From an uncultured Candidatus Saccharibacteria bacterium (lineage in GTDB: Bacteria > Patescibacteriota > Minisyncoccia > Phycocordibacterales > PALSA-1337), in the NCBI GenBank assembly GCA_964459225.1, contig CAYWKB010000001.1, positions 426,163 through 490,162 on the forward strand: a stretch of DNA of 64,000 nucleotides, written 5' to 3'. The notes under the pieces were generated by a model. That model was not told the DNA's origin, did no database searches, and was given only the letters and a program-made list of their open reading frames with translations. Position numbers and translations under genes: made by a program. Shown one piece after another: positions 49,324-58,639 of this stretch (the stretch's first letter is position 1; each line of letters starts with the position of its first letter).

Positions 49324-50673
49324 TTAATTAATCGTCTTTGGTAGAGAGATGTAAAATGTAGTACCTGCATTTTCCTTTGACTCAAACCATACCTTACCAT
49401 TGTGTAATTCAATTACCTTTTTGACATAATATAATCCCAATCCTGTGCCGTATATTGTGTTTTCTGAACTCTTAGATCTAAAATACTCCTTAAATATATC
49501 CTTCTGATCATTTGCAGGTATTCCTATACCACTGTCTTTAACACTAAATACATGATAATTAACCTCGTTTTTGTAATTTAAAGCAATAGATGTGCCGTCT
49601 TTAGAATACTTTATTGCATTTGAAATAAGATTAGAAATCGCTCTCTTTATCTTTAATTGATCACAGTTTATATGTAAATCTTTTGGAAAATCAGTACTTA
49701 AATTGATTTGAAGATTTTTTTCTTTTGCTGATATATTAAATACTGAAATTAAATCAAAAATCAATTCCGAGATATTTGAATCCTTAATATCCAAGGCATT
49801 TTTATTTTGCTTTTCTAATTTGGCCGATTCAAGTATTTCATTTGCTGTTCTTAATATCTTTCTACTTACATTTCTAATATCATTTAAAATATTTTTCTCA
49901 TTAATTGATATATTGCTACTTGTATCATCTAAAATAGTATCAACAGACCAACCAATTCCCACAAGCGGTGTTCGTAAATCATGGGCAGCAATTGAAACAA
50001 GTTCGGACTTCATTGCTAGTATGGACTCCTCTTCCTTTTTTGTTATATAAATAAAATAAATAAATGTCGCTAAAATAATTGAAATAAGAAGCGGAATTGA
50101 AGCATATAATGTTAAGGTTTTATAGTATTCCTTTGAGCTAATATCAAAACCAATAAGTGCAATAACATTATTATCTTTATCTACAATAGGTGACAGAGCA
50201 CTAATCCAATTTCCCCAGCGATCACTTATTGGACCCTCTATTTTGCTTATTTTATCAGTAAATACGCTTTTAAATACATCACTAGCCTCATCATATATCT
50301 GTCCAGCAGGTGATGAATCAGATGAACTTTCGGGTTCAGAATCAGCATAAAAAAATACTTGCCCATTATTTATTCCAGTTAAATATACAAAGCGAATGTC
50401 GGGATTAATCTTGGCAATTGATGTTAATATATTTTTGATTTCTTGATAATTGTTACTATCGATATCGCTTATAGTTCCCGAAAGAGATTTTAATTTATTA
50501 ATATCAATTGTTGCAGAAATTATTTTTGTTTTTTCTAGAAGGGAATTTGTAGAGACTTTATTTGCTTGTATAATTCCTAATATTGAAATACATATTCCAA
50601 AAAGGATAACAATGACTAATAATATAATTAATCTAAATGAAAACTGCTTATTTTTTTGTAAAATTGAAAACAT
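49324..50673 (-). CDS. Membrane sensor histidine kinase
   Basis: Two TMs flanking a sensor domain, AHDLRTPL, NLISNAIKY, GTGLGL. Confidence 0.92.
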   Translation of the reverse strand: MFSILQKNKQFSFRLIILLVIVILFGICISILGIIQANKVSTNSLLEKTKIISATIDINKLKSLSGTISDIDSNNYQEIKNILTSIAKINPDIRFVYLTGINNGQVFFYADSEPESSSDSSPAGQIYDEASDVFKSVFTDKISKIEGPISDRWGNWISALSPIVDKDNNVIALIGFDISSKEYYKTLTLYASIPLLISIILATFIYFIYITKKEEESILAMKSELVSIAAHDLRTPLVGIGWSVDTILDDTSSNISINEKNILNDIRNVSRKILRTANEILESAKLEKQNKNALDIKDSNISELIFDLISVFNISAKEKNLQINLSTDFPKDLHINCDQLKIKRAISNLISNAIKYSKDGTSIALNYKNEVNYHVFSVKDSGIGIPANDQKDIFKEYFRSKSSENTIYGTGLGLYYVKKVIELHNGKVWFESKENAGTTFYISLPKTIN

Positions 50674-50674
50674 A

Positions 50675-51055
50675 TTATATACCTAATGCCTCCTTTGTCT
50701 TATCTACTATCATCTGAATAGTTGAATTATTTTTGTCTAGGAAAAATGAAGGTGTACCCTCAACAATAGCCTTAATTATTGTATCATCAGCAGAAAGGGC
50801 AGTGAGAAGGATAATTTTAACATTTTTGCCATAATCACCATCATCTCTTAACTTTTTCATCATTGTAATACCGTCCATATTTGGCATAGATATATCTAAG
50901 ATAATTAAATCAGGTTTATCTGTCATGGCATTTGAAAGACCTTTAACACCATCAATTGCTGAAGTAACGATAAATCCTTCCTTCAATAAATGCGCAGCTA
51001 GTGGATTAACTACTGTTTGCTCATCGTCAATAATTAGTACTTTATATTTATTCAT
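50675..51055 (-). CDS. Stand-alone receiver-domain response regulator
   Basis: VLIIDDE, PDLIILDISMP; TATAAT 6 nt before the ATG at 51055. Confidence 0.9.
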   Translation of the reverse strand: MNKYKVLIIDDEQTVVNPLAAHLLKEGFIVTSAIDGVKGLSNAMTDKPDLIILDISMPNMDGITMMKKLRDDGDYGKNVKIILLTALSADDTIIKAIVEGTPSFFLDKNNSTIQMIVDKTKEALGI

Positions 51056-51106
51056 AAGTACATTATAACAATATAAAAATATAAAATATACAAATGTTAT
51101 TAACAA

Positions 51107-51637
51107 TTAAATTATTCTAGCCTCGTATAGTAATTTAAGTTTTTCTAGACCTCTATATGATTGTACTGCAACTGTATTTCTGGACTGTCCTGTTATTGTT
51201 GCAATTTCTGTTATAGATAGCTCCTGCAAATATCGCATTCTGATTACTTCTCTGTATATTCCTGGTAACTTTTTAATTAAAATCATAATCATTTTACCAT
51301 CCAAAATATCAAATAGTCTGATAGACTCATCAGTACTTGGTTCAAAACCTCTTTCTATTAGTACATCGAGTGATGTTGATTTATTTTTCCTATATTCATC
51401 GATTATCAGATTATTTAGTATTCTATATAAAAAAGCTTTCATTGTGATGATTTTTCCTCCTTTTACCATATATATCCATGTGCGAATAAAAGTTTCCTGA
51501 ACAAGAACGGTACATAACATTGTGTCATTGATTTTATAATTAGCATGCTTATTTAAGCCACATTCAAAACGACTATGTGCATCATTTAAGATTTCTTCTT
51601 TTACTACCCTTGTCTCATTGTCATTAGTTTTATTCAT
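51107..51637 (-). CDS. ECF-type RNA polymerase sigma factor
   Basis: LVQETF..W, FLYRI.NN.IID.YRK, region 4 LP..YR.VI..RY...LS..EIA. Confidence 0.88.
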   Translation of the reverse strand: MNKTNDNETRVVKEEILNDAHSRFECGLNKHANYKINDTMLCTVLVQETFIRTWIYMVKGGKIITMKAFLYRILNNLIIDEYRKNKSTSLDVLIERGFEPSTDESIRLFDILDGKMIMILIKKLPGIYREVIRMRYLQELSITEIATITGQSRNTVAVQSYRGLEKLKLLYEARII

Positions 51638-51672
51638 TACAATATAGCCGTTTGTAATGATATTCCATTACA
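51638..51672 (-). promoter_or_regulatory. Putative ECF autoregulatory promoter
   Basis: TGTAATG-N15-CGGCTATATTGTA directly before the sigma ATG. Confidence 0.65.
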
Positions 51673-51751
51673 AGATTAGTTAAGGTGTCTACAAAATTTA
51701 GCCTGTTTACTATATATTATAGCATTTTATGACTGTAATATCTTTTTGCTC

Positions 51752-51786
51752 TGTAATGAGTGCACGCTTAATGCGACTATTTTGTA
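51752..51786 (+). promoter_or_regulatory. Putative ECF target promoter
   Basis: TGTAATG-N15-CGACTATTTTGTA, same spacing as the divergent copy. Confidence 0.65.
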
Positions 51787-51847
51787 GGATTGAATAAATA
51801 TGGTCGATTGTTTATAGCAATAACTTTATTAATTAATATATAACAAA

Positions 51848-52501
51848 ATGAAAACAAAAAATCTTCTTAAAATAAGTGTATTGGTGGTTTTTGGTTTGGT
51901 TATGCTTCCAAGTATAACTAATGCGGAAGTATTAAATAGACAATTGGAAATGACTATGACAGGTTCTGATGTTTCTGCTCTTCAAACATTTTTAGCAAAA
52001 GATGCAACAATATACCCACAAGGTCTAGTAACAGGATATTTCGGATACCTAACAAAAGCAGCGGTATCAAATTTCCAGACTAGGAATGGTATATCAAGTG
52101 TTGGTAGAGTAGGACCAGCAACACTTCCAGTACTTAATTATCAAATATCACAAGGGTCATTGAACGTTAATTACAATAATTCAGGTATGCAAGCACCTGA
52201 GATAACAAATGTAACTGTAAATGCTGGAAGGAATAACACAACAATTGCATGGTATACAAATGAATCAGCAAAAGGGGCAATATATTACAGTAGTAGACCA
52301 CTTATATTGACCGAACAAATGAATTCAGTTGATGTATATGGTGCAAGCGCAATAATGACCGATGCAAGTTTCAGAACAAATCAAAGTATTACTATACCTA
52401 ACCTTAACGCCAATACTGTGTACTACTACATGATATACACTACTGACGTAAATGGTAATGTAAGTGTTACTTGGCCAGGAACATTTCAAACAACAAACTA
52501 A
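51848..52501 (+). CDS. Secreted peptidoglycan-binding domain plus FN3-like protein
   Basis: Signal peptide, G.DV.ALQ.FL...TGYFG.LT.AAV..FQ...G.VGPAT, FN3-like C-terminus. Confidence 0.85.
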   Translation: MKTKNLLKISVLVVFGLVMLPSITNAEVLNRQLEMTMTGSDVSALQTFLAKDATIYPQGLVTGYFGYLTKAAVSNFQTRNGISSVGRVGPATLPVLNYQISQGSLNVNYNNSGMQAPEITNVTVNAGRNNTTIAWYTNESAKGAIYYSSRPLILTEQMNSVDVYGASAIMTDASFRTNQSITIPNLNANTVYYYMIYTTDVNGNVSVTWPGTFQTTN

Positions 52502-52613
52502 TAGTGAATGTGAATGGGGTAAAAAGTCACTAGCGATCTGGTGGCTTTTTGCTTTATATAAGTAAAACTTTGTATATTGCTTTTATCATAAAAATGTGGT
52601 ATTATGTAAGTGT

Positions 52614-52919
52614 ATGGCTCTTTCATTAACTGATCAGCAGAAAGCTGATTTGGAGATGGTTCATGCCTTCAAGAGATATCTTTACGAAAAATATGAACCA
52701 GTTCCTAGGTGGGTCATTTACGAAAAACTCTTGGAATTTGCAATTTTTGTGCGGGAAAATAATGGAGGCCATTTTAAATGCCAAAATTATATCCTATTCC
52801 ATGAGATAATTGGAAGCACAGGCTACGAAGATTTCGATTGCATTGATGGCTTTGACTTTACTGGTGAGTACAGCATAATCAATTTTATCGAAAAACTTAA
52901 AAAAGAGCTGGTAATATAA
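52614..52919 (+). CDS. Hypothetical protein
   Basis: TTGCTT-17-TATTAT promoter just upstream; terminator downstream. Confidence 0.6.
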   Translation: MALSLTDQQKADLEMVHAFKRYLYEKYEPVPRWVIYEKLLEFAIFVRENNGGHFKCQNYILFHEIIGSTGYEDFDCIDGFDFTGEYSIINFIEKLKKELVI

Positions 52920-52922
52920 ACG

Positions 52923-52962
52923 AAAGAGCGCCCTTACCAAATTTGGTGGGCGCTTTCCTTTT
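52923..52962. terminator. Bidirectional bulged hairpin
   Basis: AGCGCCC-TT-ACCA-AATT-TGGT-GGGCGCT. Confidence 0.7.
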
Positions 52963-52980
52963 CCACTAGGTGTATGTTCA

Positions 52981-53199
52981 CTAAGCTGCGACAACTACGT
53001 GGTCGGCGATTTCACGTAGTTTTGATATCACTTGTAATGCCTCATCTGATGATTCGATGACAATACCAATAGTAGTTCCTTCTGGCAGAGCATCACATGG
53101 CCTAAAAAGGCACTTATTTCTGATGATTTCCAGAGCCGCTACTTTAGTGATATTTTTAAAACTGACTTCATTTGCTCGGATGAGATTTATACTTTTCAT
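52981..53199 (-). CDS. 72-aa hypothetical protein
   Basis: Promoter TTGCAT-17-TATATT, boxA-like leader, terminator. Confidence 0.55.
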   Translation of the reverse strand: MKSINLIRANEVSFKNITKVAALEIIRNKCLFRPCDALPEGTTIGIVIESSDEALQVISKLREIADHVVVAA

Positions 53200-53320
53200 A
53201 TCCGTTTCTTTCAGTTTTGCTCAAACACCTCTACTGATCACAGATCAGTAAACACGAAAGTGAAAGAGCTACCTTTAAACAATATACAACTTAATTGACG
53301 ATTATGCAAGGGGATAACCC

Positions 53321-53491
53321 TTACTTTTGGAAGGTTGCTATAACACCAGACACAACAGCTGACAAAAAGAACAAGCCAGACAAAAAAATACTTATAGCCG
53401 GCGGTTCCTGCGTATTATCATGCCTACTGAACATAAACATGATAAATAATACAATTGAAACAAAAGCTATGATTATTGCTAGGTCTTTCAT
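53321..53491 (-). CDS. 56-aa two-TM small protein (below ORF-track cutoff)
   Basis: MKDLAIIIAFVSIVLFIMFMFSRHDNTQEPPAISIFLSGLFFLSAVVSGVIATFQK translated by hand. Confidence 0.55.
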   Translation of the reverse strand: MKDLAIIIAFVSIVLFIMFMFSRHDNTQEPPAISIFLSGLFFLSAVVSGVIATFQK

Positions 53492-53571
53492 GACTGTGAT
53501 TTTTAAGGTTTGTCCTAAATTAATATATCACTAAAAGTAGATACTGTCTATAGATAAAATACTTTCTAATA

Positions 53572-53823
53572 TTATCTATGTGAACACCCCTGCCAACAAC
53601 ATGGTCTTCTTTTTCCCTTAATCATTTCCTCATTAAATCTTTTCAAATGCTTTTTTCTTGTTTCTATCTTTGCTACAGATATCACCCAACATATCCATTC
53701 ATTTTTTGCCAGTGGAGTTAGACTTTGCCAATTATCAAATACGGATTTATTTGATTTTAAAACAAACTCCATATCATTTGGAATTTTATGTATTGAATTT
53801 CGAGATTTATTAACTTTTATCAT
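53572..53823 (-). CDS. YdeI/OmpD-associated family protein
   Basis: W..LTPLA.NEWICW...AK..ETR...RRPCCW.GC.HR. Confidence 0.8.
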   Translation of the reverse strand: MIKVNKSRNSIHKIPNDMEFVLKSNKSVFDNWQSLTPLAKNEWICWVISVAKIETRKKHLKRFNEEMIKGKRRPCCWQGCSHR

Positions 53824-53906
53824 TATAATAATATATCATAAAATACATGTCGCAATATTCAAATAACACCATATACATCAAATAAGCTAACTGATAATAT
53901 ATACAT

Positions 53907-54353
53907 ATGAACATAAACACACAAAAAATAACCCCATTTCTTTGGTATGAAAATGGTGATGCACTTGCAGTTGCAAAATATTATAAAGAAATTTTTAAGG
54001 ATAATGTTGAGATTGTAGATGAAAGTGAACTAGACAATACACCATCTGGTAATGTTAGTGTTGTTACAATTAAAATTTTTGGTTTAACAATGAGGATTAT
54101 GTCAGCAGGTAAACATCATTCATTTAATGATTCAATATCATTTGAAATCAAATGTAAGGATCAAACAGAAATTGATTTGTATTGGGATAAAATAATCAAA
54201 GAGGGAAGTGAACAACAATGTGGTTGGTGTATTGATAAATATGGTTTAAGGTGGCAGATAATACCAGATAATCTAGGAGAATATCTAGGTCAGGAAGGTG
54301 GAATGGAAAAGATGTTAAAAATGAAAAAGATAGTAATCGAAGATTTTAAATAA
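53907..54353 (+). CDS. VOC family (PhnB-like) protein
   Basis: KITPFLW, ISF.I.C.DQ.EID.YW, CGW..DKYG..WQI. Confidence 0.9.
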   Translation: MNINTQKITPFLWYENGDALAVAKYYKEIFKDNVEIVDESELDNTPSGNVSVVTIKIFGLTMRIMSAGKHHSFNDSISFEIKCKDQTEIDLYWDKIIKEGSEQQCGWCIDKYGLRWQIIPDNLGEYLGQEGGMEKMLKMKKIVIEDFK

Positions 54354-54354
54354 A

Positions 54355-54900
54355 CTATTTCATTAAACCTTGTAGCACATTATTGTCTGTAACTTTTAGT
54401 AAAAGCACTGCACCTACTGATGGTTGTGTTGTCATTGCCTCACCGTCATTTCTTTTTGCAAAATTTACATGTATTTCCTTAGAATCAGAGTGAATTTCGG
54501 TTGATTGAGGTGATATTCTGTCTCCAATAAAAAAAGGATTTGTTAATATATAGTTATTTATATTATTAATAGCAACAATAGCATAATAAAAAATCCCACT
54601 ACCGCCATTATCTTGTGTGATAATAAAGACAATATCGTCCAATCCGTCTCCGTTTATATCCCCAACAGCGTCATTACCAAAGTATCTGACTACACTAGAT
54701 GATTTATTTGATATGCCATTTTTTAATGTGATTATTTCATTATCTATTTTAAAAGTGGAATTTTTGGCATCAAAAATATTACCCTTAATAGTATTAACGT
54801 CTCGATTGTATGTATTGTTGTACTTTGAATATACAAATGTGATAGTTAGTAAAATAAGTACAGAGGAAATGATGATTATATTAAATAGCTTTTTACTCAT
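54355..54900 (-). CDS. Membrane-anchored hypothetical protein
   Basis: N-terminal TM, GDINGDG..D, GGSG.FYY, IGDRI.PQ. Confidence 0.7.
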   Translation of the reverse strand: MSKKLFNIIIISSVLILLTITFVYSKYNNTYNRDVNTIKGNIFDAKNSTFKIDNEIITLKNGISNKSSSVVRYFGNDAVGDINGDGLDDIVFIITQDNGGSGIFYYAIVAINNINNYILTNPFFIGDRISPQSTEIHSDSKEIHVNFAKRNDGEAMTTQPSVGAVLLLKVTDNNVLQGLMK

Positions 54901-54954
54901 CTAAATATAGTATCAGAAAAAGGGAGGTGGGGGAATTTAGGATTTAAGAAAAAG

Positions 54955-54987
54955 GAAAACCACACCGACTCATTTGAGTGGGTGTGG
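54955..54987 (-). repeat. 33-bp hairpin repeat, copy 1 (terminator-like)
   Basis: GAAAACCACACCGACTCATTTGAGTGGGTGTGG, identical to 56889-56921. Confidence 0.9.
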
Positions 54988-54988
54988 T

Positions 54989-55843
54989 CTATTTGACGGC
55001 TAAGATCTGGAAGTAGTATCTTCCACGATCGTTACCCCATTTTTCAATCTTCAGCCTTTCAACTGTAACAGAGCTGAAACCGACCTTAATGAGCAATTTA
55101 ACAACTTGATGGGGAACAAATTGTCTTTTGAAGAATTGACCATATCCCGCAGTCAAATGCTCAATGAATGATAGCTTACCACCAGGTTTTAGGATTCTCC
55201 AAAATTCGTTTAGAAGTGGATTGATCCCTTCTATGTATTTGTAGCCAAAACAAATGGATACCGCATCCAATTCGTCATTGCCGAAAAAAGGTAGAGGATT
55301 TGTTTTCGAAACCTGATTCAAATCACACTGTATCCTTTTCCTATTTCCACAAGGCAGTCTTTCAAGTGATTGTTTGCAGTAATCTAGCATTGTTACTTCT
55401 CTGCCAGAATCATGATTGAGATATGTGACACTTCCACACATTGCTTCTAGTATTTTACCATGCAGTCCTTCCAGTTGATGAACGATAGTATTGAAAACCT
55501 CTGAGTATACAGCATAATTTACTATTTGAAATGCATCCCTTCTCCATACCTCAATTGGAGAAAGACTCATATAAGGTTTAACTCGAAGTCTTCTTAGTCT
55601 TTTTATGAGTTTTTTTGCGCCTTCATAGTTTAGAGCATTGAGGGTATCACCAAGTTCAGTTACTATTTTCTTTGCTCTTTCCTTATGATCCATGAAAACT
55701 TGATAATCAGTGAACCACTTGGGAATTTTTCGATATCCAAGTAGTCTCCACTGTTCTGGAGTAACTATTGGAAGTATTATTCTCTTATATGGATAAATAC
55801 TTCTTCTCTCCACAGAATTCTTGATTATTTTAAACTTAATCAC
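54989..55843 (-). CDS. Class I SAM-dependent methyltransferase with N-terminal extension
   Basis: ILEAMCG motif I, LPF....DAV, E..RILKPGG; AGGAGG SD before GTG. Confidence 0.8.
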   Translation of the reverse strand: MIKFKIIKNSVERRSIYPYKRIILPIVTPEQWRLLGYRKIPKWFTDYQVFMDHKERAKKIVTELGDTLNALNYEGAKKLIKRLRRLRVKPYMSLSPIEVWRRDAFQIVNYAVYSEVFNTIVHQLEGLHGKILEAMCGSVTYLNHDSGREVTMLDYCKQSLERLPCGNRKRIQCDLNQVSKTNPLPFFGNDELDAVSICFGYKYIEGINPLLNEFWRILKPGGKLSFIEHLTAGYGQFFKRQFVPHQVVKLLIKVGFSSVTVERLKIEKWGNDRGRYYFQILAVK

Positions 55844-56060
55844 TTCTCCTCCTATGTTTAATGTTAAGGGAGAGTCAATGACTCTCTGGCTGTTTCCCTC
55901 AATTTATCATGGGATTGCTGGTAGTCAAGGATATTGATACGTATAGTAACTATCAGGCCACAGCTTGTTTTCTGAAATAATCATATATGTGCATAATAAT
56001 ATATTATTGACATAATCTAATAATAGTGCTATGATAGTATAAGCACTTTGAAAATAAATT

Positions 56061-56498
56061 ATGATAACAATTGATGAAATTCAGGTCATCGCACCAGATG
56101 TTCCTGTGGCAGTTGAGAAGAGAGGGGATACGAAAAATCCTTTCGTATCCCTGTCGGTTCTCACCACTCAGTGCGGTGGGAATGAAGTCCTTGAGGAATT
56201 GCTTAAGGAGATGGTAATCATGTCACTTCGGTATACTGAAACGGTGTGCCGATTTGAGCAGATTGTTTTGCGTGGACAGCAAAGCAATGAAAACGGTGAA
56301 CGTAAGGAGATCGAAGGGATTCGATCCACTGTTCATGATGCAACAATTGCATCGATCAATTCTCTCGCCCGAAATCTTAAAAGATCAGGTGTCGAGTGTG
56401 GTTGGATAACAAAGCTGACTACAGGTGGTCGTCCAGCACATACTAAGTTTGCGATTTTGATCGCATTCGAGGCCGTACTTCAGGAGGGAAATTTATGA
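56061..56498 (+). CDS. Hypothetical helical protein (possibly DUF3232-like)
   Basis: TTGACA-17-TATGAT promoter; R..VHDA.I.SIN.L.R segment. Confidence 0.65.
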   Translation: MITIDEIQVIAPDVPVAVEKRGDTKNPFVSLSVLTTQCGGNEVLEELLKEMVIMSLRYTETVCRFEQIVLRGQQSNENGERKEIEGIRSTVHDATIASINSLARNLKRSGVECGWITKLTTGGRPAHTKFAILIAFEAVLQEGNL

Positions 56499-56686
56499 TA
56501 GACAAAATCCTTCAATATTCTGTGCTTGCATTAAAGCACAAGCGACAAGAAGCTACAGGTGAGCAAGTCTCACTTGATGAAATTTCTGAGCTTGAAAGAC
56601 TCAAAAATGAGATCGGTGAGTCGCATGAAGCAATCCTTATAAAAGCATCTGAAGAGATCGTAAGGAGGGTGGAAGGCGGCCATTAA
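56495..56686 (+). CDS. 63-aa hypothetical protein
   Basis: ATGA overlap with upstream gene, GGAGGG SD, terminator downstream. Confidence 0.6.
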   Translation: MIDKILQYSVLALKHKRQEATGEQVSLDEISELERLKNEIGESHEAILIKASEEIVRRVEGGH

Positions 56687-56712
56687 CATTTAAGGTGTCG
56701 TTGACTCAATTT

Positions 56713-56746
56713 AGCACTCACGAAAGAAATTTCGTGAGTGCTTTTT
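56713..56746 (+). terminator. Intrinsic terminator
   Basis: AGCACTCACGAAA-GAAA-TTTCGTGAGTGCT plus T tract. Confidence 0.85.
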
Positions 56747-56749
56747 ATT

Positions 56750-56780
56750 AAAAAAGTGGCCAGTTTTTACACTGACCACT
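56750..56780 (-). terminator. Minus-strand terminator without an intact gene
   Basis: AGTGGTCAG-TGTAAAAA-CTGGCCACT-TTTTT on the minus strand. Confidence 0.6.
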
Positions 56781-56888
56781 AAATTACCGAGGAGTGAGCA
56801 TTTATAGACCGAAGGAACTCATAAAGTTCCTAAAAGCCCATTCAGTTTCTGGAGTCGATACTTTCGTTATTCGATTTTAGAATAAAAA

Positions 56889-56921
56889 GAAAACCACACC
56901 GACTCATTTGAGTGGGTGTGG
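56889..56921 (-). repeat. 33-bp hairpin repeat, copy 2 (terminator-like)
   Basis: Identical to 54955-54987. Confidence 0.9.
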
Positions 56922-56947
56922 CTTGTTTGATGGGGAAATACATTGCC

Positions 56948-57475
56948 CTATAATTCCTCTATGCAGAATCCTTCAATTATCTCCTGTATCTCGATCCATG
57001 TCGAAGCGATGTGCACTTCATTATAAACAAATTTGTGACAATCTTTCTCATCACGGTCATCTCTTATGCCGGTGAATAAGATCTTATGCTCCACACCAGA
57101 TTTATGCATTGAGTTTAGAACCTCAATTCTGTCATCTATATGGATACTGATTCGCTTTTCTCGCGCTATAGGACCCTTGCCTTTTCTGGTGTAGCAAAAT
57201 GCGACATCTCTCGGGTCAATTAGGTTGGGTACTAGACCTGAGTGAAATAGACTGTATGAAACTCTTGCCTCATTTCCTTTGTCTATTTTGCTGATAACTG
57301 AAAGTTTGCATCCCTTTTGAAGGAGACTAATTAGAACTAACATTGCTCCATCGCAAAGTTGCATTGCATCTGCCTTTTCAATTTGTATTCTAGGTAATCT
57401 ACGGTTAAAAACAGTATCACCCAGATCTAAACCGATATGCGGTTGCTTACCATCTCGATTTCTTAACTTGTACAT
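56948..57475 (-). CDS. HAD-superfamily-like protein
   Basis: IGLDLGDTV motif I variant, ISK, HIDDR. Confidence 0.65.
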   Translation of the reverse strand: MYKLRNRDGKQPHIGLDLGDTVFNRRLPRIQIEKADAMQLCDGAMLVLISLLQKGCKLSVISKIDKGNEARVSYSLFHSGLVPNLIDPRDVAFCYTRKGKGPIAREKRISIHIDDRIEVLNSMHKSGVEHKILFTGIRDDRDEKDCHKFVYNEVHIASTWIEIQEIIEGFCIEEL

Positions 57476-57620
57476 GTTCAGGTATTGGTTGTGATTTGTG
57501 AATAGCAAAAAGAATGCCAATTGCTATGTTAATACCTTTTAGTTATTTGTCAAAAGTTTAATGGTCTTGTGGGGGGCGAGAGTTTAGTACTTTTTAATGA
57601 GGGGTGGTAAAATACAAAAT

Positions 57621-58196
57621 ATGAATCATGCAGGGAAAAGACTATTTATAACAGGTATCCCAACCTCTGGAAAATCGTACTTGGCAAAAATACTAGCTGA
57701 AAAAGTTGGTGGTATAGCTGTAATTCTTGATGATTTTCGTGAAGAACTTTCATTTGATAATCAATATAAAAAATGGACAAATTTTTATCTAGATCAGGAT
57801 GAAAAAACATACCTATCTACGACAAGCGAAGAAAAGCAATGGGAAAACCTAGTGACTCAATCAGAAGGACTCTGGCCAGCTCTTCTAAAAGAAATATCGA
57901 AGTTTAAAGATGAATCAAAACCAGTTATTTTCGAATGTGTGAATATGCTTCCACATTTAGTAAAAAGAGATTTAGGTTTTAATGGTATTGTTTTAATTGG
58001 ATCTTCTCTCGAGGAGACATTGAATAGAAATAAAAAAGATCCACGTTGGGGTGATACTCCAGAATTGCAAGAGTTAGAAGCAAATACTTTTTTTAATATT
58101 GAAAGACCACATTACAAGGAAGAGGCATCGAAATATGGTTATCCCATTTTTGAGGAAGCAGATGACGCTATCGATTACTGCCTTAATCTCTTATAA
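57621..58196 (+). CDS. P-loop kinase/NTPase
   Basis: LFITGIPTSGKS. Confidence 0.75.
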   Translation: MNHAGKRLFITGIPTSGKSYLAKILAEKVGGIAVILDDFREELSFDNQYKKWTNFYLDQDEKTYLSTTSEEKQWENLVTQSEGLWPALLKEISKFKDESKPVIFECVNMLPHLVKRDLGFNGIVLIGSSLEETLNRNKKDPRWGDTPELQELEANTFFNIERPHYKEEASKYGYPIFEEADDAIDYCLNLL

Positions 58197-58202
58197 AATA
58201 AC

Positions 58203-58550
58203 ATGAACATAGAATACAAAGGTACAATCGTGGAAGAGAGTTTAGAGGATAATAGAATCCTTAATGATTTAAACATTATTGATTTTAGGATTTCAAAAGA
58301 CGAGAACCCTGCTGATCGTTGGCATTTATATACAGTAATAGTTACCAGGGAAGAGATACGAAAGATTTCTCAATATATTAAATATGGTAAATGGTATATG
58401 CATTTTTGGAATGGAAATGATGTGATTGTTGTATTTAAAGACAAAATCTTTGAATTTAAACACGATAAAAAAGAAACATGGAAGGATGCTTTTGATCATG
58501 GTGTGGCGTTGGGTATCCCAGAAGAGCAGTTGGATTTTGCGATACAGTAA
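58203..58550 (+). CDS. Hypothetical protein
   Basis: G.IVEESL, WY.HFW, VVFK.KIF, GIP.EQLDF. Confidence 0.7.
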   Translation: MNIEYKGTIVEESLEDNRILNDLNIIDFRISKDENPADRWHLYTVIVTREEIRKISQYIKYGKWYMHFWNGNDVIVVFKDKIFEFKHDKKETWKDAFDHGVALGIPEEQLDFAIQ

Positions 58551-58639
58551 ACTAACTTACAGACATGTCGTGATTGCTGGTTTTGTAAATGAAATCTAAA
58601 TACTAGTTTTTAAAATGGAAAGTAATATAATACATTCTA

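Noticed and set aside
457-50686. Numerous 60-130 aa ORFs antisense to or nested in recognised genes
   Set aside because: Shadow frames of well-supported genes with no motifs of their own
53295-53534. 79-aa plus ORF
   Set aside because: Shadow of the minus-strand 56-aa membrane peptide; TTG start without signals
54955-56921. Hairpin repeats as integron attC sites or CRISPR repeats
   Set aside because: No RYYYAAC/GTTRRRY ends, only two copies 1.9 kb apart, and no integrase or cas gene in the window
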